Assembly (NCBI GenBank): GCA_033763315.1 | Contig: JANRKS010000035.1 | Coordinates: forward strand, 64,001 to 128,000 | From: Deltaproteobacteria bacterium | Lineage (GTDB): Bacteria; Myxococcota_A; Polyangia; Fen-1088 | Direction: 5' to 3' | DNA length: 64,000 nucleotides | Shown: positions 1 through 9,007 of the stretch, piece by piece | Layout of the letters: every line of letters starts with the position of its first letter | Position numbering within the stretch: the stretch's first letter is position 1 | Notes under the pieces: generated by a model | What the model saw: only the letters and a program-made list of their open reading frames with translations | What the model was told of the DNA's origin: nothing | The model's database searches: none | Translations under genes and position numbers: made by a program

Positions 1-862
1 GTTGCGCATAGGCGCGTTGCCGAAGTCGGGCGCGTCACCCCACAATGTCTTCGTCTCCGCTGTGAAGTATTCGCCGGAGAATTTCGGCAGATAGTTGCCT
101 GCTGGGCCGAGGTGGTTGTAGACGACGTCGAGGATCACGGCCATGCCAAGACCGTGCGCGCGGTCGATGAAGGCACGGAGTTCGTCGGGTGCGCCATACG
201 CAGCGAATGGCGCAAATAGCGCTACGCCGTCGTAGCCCCACCCCCGCTGCCCTGCAGGCGCGGCCAGAGGCATGAGTTCGATCGCTGTGATGCCAAGCTT
301 GGCGAGCTCCTCTAGATGGTCGGCAGCCGCGCTGTATGAGCCTTGGGCCGTGAAGGTTCCCACGTGAAGCTCGTAAAGCACGTAGGCATCCATTGGCATA
401 TGGACGCCCGCGTGATGCCACGTGAAGCCGGATGTGTACACTGAGGACGGCGCATGAACCCCCTCAGGTTGCCAACGAGAAAAGGGGTCGGGATACACAT
501 CTGCTGCGAGCTCATATTGATAGCGCTGGCCATGGCGGACGCCAGGCACATAAAGCTCAAACACACCGTCTCCCAGGGCCGTAAGCGCCAGCGAATCGTG
601 AGTGCCATCGTCATGAAGCAAGCGCAAGCGACAAGGCGAAACGCTCGTCACATACACCCGGAACAGCACGCCCCCTGCGTCTGCAAATGCGCCTAAAGAA
701 GGAAGTTCGCTCATTGGGAGTGAGCGGCCTTTCAATAACCTTGCCAAGCGAAGCGGAACTTTGTTCACGTCCCACTCCTTTGGTTGGTAACACAAATCGC
801 ACCCGCGTTACCCCGACCACCCAAGGGCGACGTGCACCGGGGGCGCGGCCACGCGCAGAAGG

Positions 863-878
863 TGGAACGAACGTTGCA
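863..878 (+). promoter_or_regulatory. sigma54-type (-24/-12) promoter of the FAD/Rieske oxidoreductase
   Basis: TGGAACG-AACG-TTGCA versus consensus TGGCACG-N4-TTGCW; ends 16 nt before ATG 895. Confidence 0.6.
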
Positions 879-894
879 CCCCTGCGCGGCCATC

Positions 895-2466
895 ATGGCA
901 CAGCAAGAGAGCGGGTCGGTGTGGAGGATGAGCGAGCAGCAGGCGACGGCGCTGCCACGTGAAGCGACGCAAAGTTTTGACTGCGTGGTCATCGGCGCCG
1001 GCATCACAGGGTTGACGACCGCGCTGTTGTTGGCGCAACGGGGTTTGCGTGTGGCGGTGCTGGACGATTCGGGCGTGGGTTTGGGCGAGACGCTCCGAAC
1101 CACAGCCCATGCCACTTACGTTTTGGACACACGCTTCGAGGAGTTGATCAAGCGGCTTGGTCGCACGGACGCACAAGTCGTGGTGGCCGCGCATGCCCGC
1201 GCCATCACATTCATGCACAGCTTGGCCACCGATGGCGGCGACCCGGATTGCGTGCTCAAGATGGACGGTTTGCTGGTGGCACGTGACGAAGCGCAGGCCG
1301 AGCAATTGGAGAAGGAGTACGAAGCGGCCCGCACCCTGAACGTGAACGCGCAAAAGGCGGAAGGAACCTTGCCACTCGGCGCGCGTGCAGGCCTGCGCTT
1401 TTCCGACCAGGCCGCCGTGGATGCAGGCCGTTATATGACGGTGCTGTTGAAACTTGCCACGGAGCAGGGGGCCCAGATCTTCACGGACACCCGCGTGGAG
1501 AAGGTTGAGGAAGCGGGCGGCACCTGCGTGGTGCACACGAACCGCGGCGAAGTGAAAGCCCAGCATGTCGTCGCGGCAACGCACACATCAATGGTCAATA
1601 CCTTCGCTTTGCACACGCGCATCATTCCCGATCGCACGTATGTGATAGCGGTGCCGAAGCCGGCGGCCTTCCCTCACGCTTTGGTGTGGGACATGGACGA
1701 TCCTTACCACTATGTTCGTCCCGTGACGGTGGATAACGAGGAGCTGCTTATCGTGGGAGGGGAGGATCACCGCGTGGGCGAAGATCCTCACCCCGATGAC
1801 CGCTATGTCCACCTGAAGGATTTCGCGCAAGCGTACCTTGGCACGCACGAAACGAAGTACCAATGGTCCGGCCAGATCCTTGAGCCCGTGGACAGCCTGC
1901 CATTCATCGGCACGGCCCCCGGTTACGCAAAGGTCTATGTGGCTGCGGCGTTCTCCGGCAATGGCACCACGTGGGGCACCATCGCGGCACAGTTGATATC
2001 CGAGTCGATCGCGGGCAAACAACAGGCCCTGCACAACATTGTTCGCCCGTCCCGCGGCCTTCCCGTTCGGGCCGTGGGAGAATACGCGCATCACAATTTA
2101 GACGCCGCCGTTCATGCCATCAAGGATCGCTTCGGGCTACAGACAGGCCTGCAGGCAATCGCCCTGAACGCGGGTGTCCTCGTCGAGCGTAAGGGCAAGA
2201 AGTTGGCGGTGTACCGCGATGAGACGGGAAGCCTCAAGGCTGTCTCGGCCGTATGCACACATCTTGGTTGTTTGGTGGCCTGGAACCAAGCCGAATCCTC
2301 GTGGGACTGCCCGTGTCACGGCAGCCGGTTCGATTGCGATGGACAGGTGGTGAATGGCCCAGCGACCATCAACTTGGCACGTGTTGATCTGAACGACCTG
2401 AACGAGGACGATGACAACCAGCAAGAAGAACCCGTGCGAGGAACTGACTACGCCAACGCATTCTAA
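895..2466 (+). CDS. FAD-dependent oxidoreductase (DAO family) with C-terminal Rieske [2Fe-2S] domain, YhfW-like
   Basis: VVIGAGITG dinucleotide-binding motif; CTHLGC...WDCPCHGSRF Rieske motifs; start moved from ORF 784 to ATG 895 (MAQQESGSVW). Confidence 0.9.
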   Translation: MAQQESGSVWRMSEQQATALPREATQSFDCVVIGAGITGLTTALLLAQRGLRVAVLDDSGVGLGETLRTTAHATYVLDTRFEELIKRLGRTDAQVVVAAHARAITFMHSLATDGGDPDCVLKMDGLLVARDEAQAEQLEKEYEAARTLNVNAQKAEGTLPLGARAGLRFSDQAAVDAGRYMTVLLKLATEQGAQIFTDTRVEKVEEAGGTCVVHTNRGEVKAQHVVAATHTSMVNTFALHTRIIPDRTYVIAVPKPAAFPHALVWDMDDPYHYVRPVTVDNEELLIVGGEDHRVGEDPHPDDRYVHLKDFAQAYLGTHETKYQWSGQILEPVDSLPFIGTAPGYAKVYVAAAFSGNGTTWGTIAAQLISESIAGKQQALHNIVRPSRGLPVRAVGEYAHHNLDAAVHAIKDRFGLQTGLQAIALNAGVLVERKGKKLAVYRDETGSLKAVSAVCTHLGCLVAWNQAESSWDCPCHGSRFDCDGQVVNGPATINLARVDLNDLNEDDDNQQEEPVRGTDYANAF

Positions 2467-2543
2467 AACAATGGCTCAAACGCGAACTCACGCGCGCTAG
2501 GATCCCGTGCGTTGACGCCCTGGATCGTGTCCGGGGCGCGTGA

Positions 2544-4340
2544 TCAGATCCCCAGGTCAGACCACGGGGGGGAGGCCGCAAAAGCGGCATGGATGAGACC
2601 AACGTGAGAATAGGCTTGCGGGAAGTTGCCCCACATCACGTTTGACACGGGGTCGATGTCTTCCGAGATGAGCCCCAGCGGGGTCATTGTGGCTCGTATC
2701 CGCTCCATAATCTCTCGCGCGTCCTTCAGCCGCCCCAGCCGCCCCAGGGCTTCGACCAACCAGAACGTACATAGGGAAAACGCCACGTTGTGCGTACCGA
2801 ACCCGTCGTCCATGCGATAGCGCTTGAGCCAACCGTGGTATTCGAGATCCGCACGGATGGCGTCCACCGTTTGATGCATGCGCGGATCCGAAGGCGGCAA
2901 TAAGCGCAACGTCACCGCCTGGAGCAGCGCCGCATCCACCTCCTTGCCACCGTAATCTGCCACCAAGCAGCCTCGCTGTGCATCGATCGCGTTGTCTAAC
3001 ATCTCCGCGCGAATGCGTTCAGCCGCCTGAGCGAACTCGAATACGTCGTTTGGTCGGTGCAGCTTTGCAATGCGGCTCATTCGATCAGCGGCGGCCCAAC
3101 ACATCAATGAGCTGAACGCTTGGGGCCGCCATTCTGAACGAAATTCCCAGATGCCCGCGTCGGGCTTTCCTGCCACCGCAACCGCTTGCCGCGCCAATCG
3201 GGTGACCAGATCTAGTGTTGACGACGAGGTCTGCTCGCGAAAGCGTGCGTCGAGGAACAGCGGCGTCAACGCCAACACCATTTCGCCAAACACATCGTAC
3301 TGCTTGTGTGAAGCGGCACCATTGCCGATGCGCACGGGCCCTTCGCCCAAAAAACCGGGCCAATCGGTGAGGATCTGCTCCTCCAGATCACTTTTTCCGT
3401 CAATCCGATAAAGCGGAGCCAAATCCAGATCTGGCGACGACGCGGCGATGTTCAACAAGAAAGAGAGGAACTGCTCACGCTCTTCAAAGTGACCCAACAA
3501 TCTAAATGCACCCAGCGTGTAAAAGGCGTCTCGCAACCAACAATACCGATAATCCCAATTGCGACCAGCGCCAGGCGCTTCGGGCAACGAGGTTGTTAAG
3601 GCGGCCACGATGGCGCCCGTATCCTCGAAGCAATGAAGCTTGAGTGCCAACGCCGAACGGATCACTTCTTCCTGATAAAAAGCCGGGATGTCACAGTGCT
3701 TGACCCACGTTTGCCAATATTTCGTGGTTTCAGACAAGAATCGATCGCAAAGGGCCGCCAACGGCTCGTCCACAGCGCTGCCCCACGTCAGCACGAAGCG
3801 CTTCGTTTCCTGCAGCGCAAAGCTTTGACCATCTAGGTACGATAGGCTGGCGTCGGTTGTCAGGCGCAGCTCAGAATCGTAGCCCATGTACGAAATGTGG
3901 TGCGATCCAATTTCGCGCCGCGGGCGCTCCCCCGACCAACCCAAAATGGGATCGCAAACCACGCGGACCACAGGCGTTCCCGCCAACGGCTCGACGATGC
4001 GTATCAACGTGACCGGACGAAAGCTGCGATCGTTTTGTAGAAACCGCGGCGCAAAATCCAGCACGCGAAACGCACCGTCAGGGGTTGTAAAGCGCGTCTC
4101 CAAGATGTTTGTGTTGGAAAGATACCGCTGCTGACCCACGCCCTGGCCGGCCGGGCCGATGATGAAGTGCCCCCCGTCGGCTTCGCGCAACAGCGCACCA
4201 AAGACGGGCGGCGAATCGAACCGGGGCATGCAGGACCACACCACATCTCCGTCGTTGCGAATGTGCGCGGCAATTTGGCAGTTGCCCACGAGACCGATCG
4301 CGCCCAACGCCCCGCCCGGGCCGCCATCACGATGAGTCAT
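2544..4340 (-). CDS. Glycoside hydrolase family 15 (trehalase/glucoamylase-like)
   Basis: RNWDYRYCWLRD, DAGIWEFR, GLISEDID...GNFPQAYSH motifs; GAGGAG RBS before ATG 4340. Confidence 0.92.
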   Translation of the reverse strand: MTHRDGGPGGALGAIGLVGNCQIAAHIRNDGDVVWSCMPRFDSPPVFGALLREADGGHFIIGPAGQGVGQQRYLSNTNILETRFTTPDGAFRVLDFAPRFLQNDRSFRPVTLIRIVEPLAGTPVVRVVCDPILGWSGERPRREIGSHHISYMGYDSELRLTTDASLSYLDGQSFALQETKRFVLTWGSAVDEPLAALCDRFLSETTKYWQTWVKHCDIPAFYQEEVIRSALALKLHCFEDTGAIVAALTTSLPEAPGAGRNWDYRYCWLRDAFYTLGAFRLLGHFEEREQFLSFLLNIAASSPDLDLAPLYRIDGKSDLEEQILTDWPGFLGEGPVRIGNGAASHKQYDVFGEMVLALTPLFLDARFREQTSSSTLDLVTRLARQAVAVAGKPDAGIWEFRSEWRPQAFSSLMCWAAADRMSRIAKLHRPNDVFEFAQAAERIRAEMLDNAIDAQRGCLVADYGGKEVDAALLQAVTLRLLPPSDPRMHQTVDAIRADLEYHGWLKRYRMDDGFGTHNVAFSLCTFWLVEALGRLGRLKDAREIMERIRATMTPLGLISEDIDPVSNVMWGNFPQAYSHVGLIHAAFAASPPWSDLGI

Positions 4341-4418
4341 CGCGAGCACTCCTCGAGCCCTGCCATCGCAAACCGACTGCTGTTGTTAGATACGTTCGCC
4401 ATTTTGCCCGGGAACCAA

Positions 4419-4434
4419 AGCAACAAGCGTTCCA
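4419..4434 (-). promoter_or_regulatory. sigma54-type promoter of the GH15 gene
   Basis: minus strand TGGAACG-CTTG-TTGCT. Confidence 0.6.
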
Positions 4435-4548
4435 GGACGTTACTGGCCGCAACGTTCGTGGAACGCACCATTGTGTTACGCGCCCCGCCCTTCGTTACCA
4501 CACCTGCCCATAGAAGGCTCCGTTAAGCATGCAGCCAGTCACAAAGGC

Positions 4549-4564
4549 TGGCAAGGCGTTTGCA
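4549..4564 (+). promoter_or_regulatory. sigma54-type promoter of the ATP-grasp gene
   Basis: CTGGCAAG-GCGT-TTGCA, 21 nt before ATG 4586. Confidence 0.65.
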
Positions 4565-4585
4565 CCGATTGGCAACGTTCCACAT

Positions 4586-5554
4586 ATGCACATCACCGTC
4601 CTTACGTATCTTGAGGAATCAAACGCCGCACCCGATGCGGTTGTGGAGCAAGTGGCCAGCGCCTTAAGGCGCAAGGGCAACACCGTCTCCGTGCTTGGGG
4701 TACACTCGGATCTCGATCAGCTGCAGCAAGGGCTAAAGGCGTTAAAGCCTGATCTGGTGTTCAACATGGTGGAGATGTTCGCGGACGACGCAACAGCTGA
4801 CTATCCCGTGGCGGCGCTGCTTGATCTTCTACGATTTCGCTACACAGGCTCCGGGCCCGGGGAACTGTATCTGACCCAAGACAAGGTATTGGCGAAGAAA
4901 GTCTTGGCGTTCGATGACATTAAGTTTCCGCGCTTTGCGGTTTTCTCGCAGGCGTCAACCTTGGAGACGGGTGGCAACCTGCGAATGCCTCTTTTCGTGA
5001 AGCCGTGCCGGATGGACGCGTCCATTGGCATCGGCAAGCAGTCGTTGGTGCACGATACGATCGCGTTGATGAAGCGCGTGGTGGCGATTCACGAAGAGGT
5101 GGGCGACGCCGCCTTGGCTGAGGAATACATTGAAGGGCGCGAGTTCTATGTTGGTGTGCTGGGTAACGCAGACGCCGTGGCTTTGCCCCCCATCGAGATG
5201 GATTTTTCTCGCTTGCCGAAGGGGGCACCGCACGTCGCCGACGCAGCAGCGAAATGGAACGCCGGTTCAACCGAGTTCGAGGGAACCAATTCTGTACTGG
5301 CACAGATCCCCGACGAACTCCGAGCGCGTTTGCAAAAGGTGTCATTGGACGCCTACCGTGCCCTGCGCGTGAAAGATTATGGTCGCGTGGATCTGCGCCT
5401 GACGGACACAGGCGAAATCTATGTGCTTGAAGTGAACGCCAGCTGCTATCTGGAAAGTGCTTCTGAATTCGCCACAGCCGCGCTGGCCGCCGGCTTCGCC
5501 TACGATGATCTGATCGCTCACATCGTTGATTTGGCAATCGCTCGCTACTCATAA
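4586..5554 (+). CDS. D-Ala-D-Ala ligase-like ATP-grasp protein
   Basis: PLFVKP..DASIGI, AEEYIEGREF, YGRVDLRL, YVLEVNAS ATP-grasp motifs; lacks the canonical Ddl N-terminal GGxSxEH. Confidence 0.85.
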   Translation: MHITVLTYLEESNAAPDAVVEQVASALRRKGNTVSVLGVHSDLDQLQQGLKALKPDLVFNMVEMFADDATADYPVAALLDLLRFRYTGSGPGELYLTQDKVLAKKVLAFDDIKFPRFAVFSQASTLETGGNLRMPLFVKPCRMDASIGIGKQSLVHDTIALMKRVVAIHEEVGDAALAEEYIEGREFYVGVLGNADAVALPPIEMDFSRLPKGAPHVADAAAKWNAGSTEFEGTNSVLAQIPDELRARLQKVSLDAYRALRVKDYGRVDLRLTDTGEIYVLEVNASCYLESASEFATAALAAGFAYDDLIAHIVDLAIARYS

Positions 5555-6573
5555 TAAGATCCCTGCACGACGTGGTTCATCGCCAAGGCGCAGATCAGCG
5601 TGGTGAGACCAACAATTGCCGCTGGCTCGTCGTCTTTCGCATACCGCAGCGACAGTGACTGGGCATGAGACGCCATTTGTCGGACGAGCGCCCGTGTGCG
5701 CTCCGGGAAATGGCCGGTCCAGATAAACACCTGATCGAGTAACGCGGTCTCCAGGCTCAAGATCAGGGCTGCAGCTTCTCGGCTGGGCTCTGCCGCCTGC
5801 GGTGGGGGAAAGACCGAGCCCAGCAGGCCATCTAGATCGGCCGGGACGGCCTCAATGTTATCCGTCAACGCTTCGTAGTATTGCTCCACGGAGTAAGGCA
5901 GGTTCGTGACGGGCTCGTCGAGATCGTCGCTCAGCGTCTCGGGCTCCTTTGCCTTGATGTGCTCCACCAGGCTTCCGACGTATTCCAACTTCTCCAGGGC
6001 CCGCGGCCAGGCCTTATATTGCGTGCGCCAATCAATTCCCGGCGTCATCCAAACCGCGAACGATTCCGCCCAATCTTCATCCGGATGCTTCTGGGCATAC
6101 CATCCCGGCAGGTGGCGCACATAGCTGCGGGAGAACGGCCTCGGATGATAGTCTTCCAGGTAGGGTTTGCTGATCGGGCCGAACCGCGTCGTCCAATCCT
6201 CACGTTGATACAGCTTGTAGGCGTAGTTCACGACGTGGCCCATCTCGTGCCGCAAGTAACGGAGGATGTCAGCGTCCGAAAACCCTTCCAAGTGCCCCAC
6301 CCTCTCCTTGTGGTACGCGGTCAGCTCTACATCCACCAAGTAGAACGGGATCGCAATGGCGGTGCTGCCCATCGCGACGCCCCACTCTGTAGATAGATAA
6401 ACACGCGGCTGCACACGTTCAAGGCCCACCTGCACCAACTCGGCGCGAAAGGCCGCCACGAGAGATTCCAGCCGTGTGCCCTCAATGCGCAGCCCCAAGT
6501 CCCGAATCGGCTGGTTGCGACGGGCTGATTCGCGGAACCTTGAGGCCACTGCCGGAGGTGATGCCATTGCCAT
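5545..6573 (-). CDS. Putative zinc-binding metallopeptidase (zincin)
   Basis: LRHEMGH (HExxH) and WYAQKHPDEDWAESFA motifs. Confidence 0.85.
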   Translation of the reverse strand: MAMASPPAVASRFRESARRNQPIRDLGLRIEGTRLESLVAAFRAELVQVGLERVQPRVYLSTEWGVAMGSTAIAIPFYLVDVELTAYHKERVGHLEGFSDADILRYLRHEMGHVVNYAYKLYQREDWTTRFGPISKPYLEDYHPRPFSRSYVRHLPGWYAQKHPDEDWAESFAVWMTPGIDWRTQYKAWPRALEKLEYVGSLVEHIKAKEPETLSDDLDEPVTNLPYSVEQYYEALTDNIEAVPADLDGLLGSVFPPPQAAEPSREAAALILSLETALLDQVFIWTGHFPERTRALVRQMASHAQSLSLRYAKDDEPAAIVGLTTLICALAMNHVVQGSYYE

Positions 6574-6586
6574 CGTGCAGAAAGTG

Positions 6587-6602
6587 TTCAAGCCGTGTGC
6601 CA
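6587..6602 (-). promoter_or_regulatory. sigma54-type promoter (variant -12 TTGAA) of the metallopeptidase
   Basis: minus strand CTGGCACA-CGGC-TTGAA, 13 nt before ATG 6573. Confidence 0.55.
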
Positions 6603-6722
6603 GGCGAATGGCGGTTCATAGTCAAGTCGTATACGCGGCTAAGCCGTAACGCCCGGCTACAGCGGTGTGACGGCCGCTCGTCTCGCCACTGCCGACAGGC
6701 CTTTTTGCCCGCTTAACGCCGC

Positions 6723-6738
6723 TGGCACGCGGATTGAA
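6723..6738 (+). promoter_or_regulatory. sigma54-type promoter (variant -12 TTGAA) of the BON operon
   Basis: CTGGCACG-CGGA-TTGAA; overlaps the tandem duplication at 6729-6756. Confidence 0.55.
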
Positions 6739-6756
6739 GAGAGCGGATTGAAGAGA
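6729..6756. repeat. Perfect 14-bp tandem duplication
   Basis: GCGGATTGAAGAGA repeated twice. Confidence 0.9.
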
Positions 6757-6812
6757 ATCGTCGCAAGTCGAATGGGCGAAGAGCTCGCAAACCACCACAC
6801 GAGGTTCGGCAC

Positions 6813-7211
6813 ATGGGTTTCTACGTAACAACATTTCTGATTGGCGGCTTGCTGATTGGCACGGGTGCCACACAGGCAAACGCAGGCGAAAAAAAGGCTG
6901 ACGCCAAACAGGTTCCTGCGGACAACACGAAACGGAACGAGGGCGATCGGAAAGCCGGGTTGCCCACCGCCGACGATCAAGGCAACGACAAGACAAGCGT
7001 TGAGATCACCGCGAAGATCCGGCGAGCCTTGCAGGATGCGGATGGTCTTTCAACGAACGCGCACAACGTGAAGATCATCACGAATAAGCAACGAGTGATC
7101 CTGCGTGGCCCTGTGGCCTCAGCAGATGAAAAACAACGCGTTTATAAGCTTGCCGCTGACGCGGCCGGCGCCCACACGGTGACGAACGAGCTTGAAGTGA
7201 TTTCTAAGTAA
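6813..7211 (+). CDS. Secreted BON-domain (OsmY-like) protein
   Basis: signal peptide; ADNTKRN...TADDQGN..VEITAKIRRAL..LSTNAHNVKIIT..VILRGPV..VTNELEV BON pattern. Confidence 0.88.
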   Translation: MGFYVTTFLIGGLLIGTGATQANAGEKKADAKQVPADNTKRNEGDRKAGLPTADDQGNDKTSVEITAKIRRALQDADGLSTNAHNVKIITNKQRVILRGPVASADEKQRVYKLAADAAGAHTVTNELEVISK

Positions 7212-7262
7212 GCCCGCCAGTGCGGCGCGGTCTTCAAAAAACCAGATAACGGAGAACGATAA

Positions 7263-7808
7263 ATGGCGGGGAAAAATACAGCGGTGTTTGGGGTTTACAA
7301 CGGGCGCGCCGAAATCGAAGCGGCAGTCGACGTGCTGCGCACGGAAGGCTTTCGCGCCTCTGACATTTCAGTGATGTTGCCCTACAACGACGGCTTTAGG
7401 GAATTCGCACACGAGAAGCACACCAAAGCCCCCGAAGGCGCAGCCACGGGCGCAGGTTCAGGTCTTGTGGTGGGTGGCGTTCTGGGTTGGTTGGCAGGCA
7501 TTGGCATGCTGGCCATTCCAGGCATCGGACCCTTCATTGCTGCAGGGCCCATCATGGCTGCACTGGCCGGCGCCGGCGTGGGCGGTACCGTCGGCGGCGT
7601 AACGGGCGCGCTCGTAGGCACGGGCATTCCAGAGTACGAGGCCAAGCGCTACGAAGGTTTGCTGCGCGACGGCGGCATTTTGCTGTCGGTTCACGCCGAC
7701 AACAGCGAGTGGACCAGCAAGGCCAAAAAACTGCTCGAGGCCACGGGCGCACGCGATGTCTCATCCGCCTCCGAAGCGGGTGCTGACTTTAAGGCTGGGA
7801 CGCCTTAG
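7263..7808 (+). CDS. General stress protein (YflT/17M-like) with glycine-zipper membrane hairpin
   Basis: AVFGVY..AVDVLRTEGF..DISV, KAPEGAATGAG, LAIPGIGPFIAAGP, GIPEYEAKRYE; GGAG RBS. Confidence 0.8.
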   Translation: MAGKNTAVFGVYNGRAEIEAAVDVLRTEGFRASDISVMLPYNDGFREFAHEKHTKAPEGAATGAGSGLVVGGVLGWLAGIGMLAIPGIGPFIAAGPIMAALAGAGVGGTVGGVTGALVGTGIPEYEAKRYEGLLRDGGILLSVHADNSEWTSKAKKLLEATGARDVSSASEAGADFKAGTP

Positions 7809-7888
7809 CAGAAGCCTCTCCTCAAAACCAACCAAAGGACCTGATAAGAGAGCGGCTGGTGAATTCATCGGTCGCTCTTTCTGCGGCT

Positions 7889-9007
7889 ATGAAGCGCTTT
7901 ATCCTGTCCGCAAGCCCTGCGAAAGCCGCGGCGGCGGCCCACCTTCGTTACGTCGACGCCGGCTCCAAAGGCATTCGCCGCGAGAAGCGCAAAGACGCCT
8001 TTGTGTACATAAACGAGACGACGGAACGTTTGGTCAGAGACGCGGCCACTCTTGCTCGCATTCGCAGCTTGGCTATCCCACCAGCGTGGACCAACGTGTG
8101 GATTTGCGCGCAACCGAGCGGCCACATCCAAGCGCTGGGGCGGGATGCGAAGGGCCGCAAACAATACCGATACCACGCCCATTGGCGCCAAACGCGCGAT
8201 CAAACAAAGTTCGGGCGCATGATCGCTTTTGCGCAGGCCTTGCCGCACATTCGCAAGCGCGTGGCATTGGATCTGGGCCAGCAAGGTTTGCCCCGCGAAC
8301 GTGTGTTGGCCACGCTTGTGGCGTTGCTTGCCACCACGGGCATTCGCGTGGGCGGCGATGAGTACGCACGACAAAACAAACACTATGGCTTGACCACCTT
8401 GATGAACCGCCATGTGACGGTTAAAGGCGAAAAGCTGCGTTTTCGGTTTGTGGGCAAAAGTGGAAAAACACACGAAGTGGGTGTGCGTAACGCGCGCGTT
8501 GCGGGCGTCATACGCCGGTGCCTTGAGATTCCGGGCCAGCGTCTGTTTCAATACATTGACGAACAAGGCGATGCCCACACCGTGCATTCAGAGGACGTGA
8601 ACGAATACCTTCACGAACTTGCCGGCGAAGAATTTACGGCGAAAGACTTTCGTACGTGGGTGGGCACCGTCACGGCGGCTGCAAATTTGTTTGGCTGCGA
8701 CTGCCCGCAGACCCAAAAGGCCAAGCGCGAGAAGATTCTCGAAGCCATTGATGGTGCGGCGCTGCGCTTGGGCAACACGCGCTCGATCTGCCGCGCATCG
8801 TACATTCATCCGGCGATCCTCACCGCCTTCGAGGAAGGGCGCATGGGCAAGGCGGTTCCCCTCAAAACAACAGGAAGGCGCGGCCTTGATCCGATCGAAC
8901 GCGCCACGCTTCAGCTATTGCGCCTGGCGGCTCGTGCGGGTTCCGGCAAAAGAGCCAAGACGTCCGCAATCGTGTTGGCCTCTGCCGCGCGTTTGTCGGG
9001 CCGGTAG
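7889..9007 (+). CDS. DNA topoisomerase IB (bacterial/poxvirus-like)
   Basis: IPPAWTNVWI, GRDAKGRKQYRY, GIRVG, GKSGK, KDFRTW, LGNT, SYIHP (catalytic R-K-R-N-Y). Confidence 0.93.
   Translation: MKRFILSASPAKAAAAAHLRYVDAGSKGIRREKRKDAFVYINETTERLVRDAATLARIRSLAIPPAWTNVWICAQPSGHIQALGRDAKGRKQYRYHAHWRQTRDQTKFGRMIAFAQALPHIRKRVALDLGQQGLPRERVLATLVALLATTGIRVGGDEYARQNKHYGLTTLMNRHVTVKGEKLRFRFVGKSGKTHEVGVRNARVAGVIRRCLEIPGQRLFQYIDEQGDAHTVHSEDVNEYLHELAGEEFTAKDFRTWVGTVTAAANLFGCDCPQTQKAKREKILEAIDGAALRLGNTRSICRASYIHPAILTAFEEGRMGKAVPLKTTGRRGLDPIERATLQLLRLAARAGSGKRAKTSAIVLASAARLSGR

Noticed and set aside
1-820. Short ORFs of 69-128 aa on both strands
   Set aside because: No recognisable motifs, Arg-rich shadow-like composition and mutually overlapping frames
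4586-5554. Housekeeping ddl or vanA-type resistance ligase
   Set aside because: Lacks the N-terminal GGxSxEH motif and has no mur or van gene context
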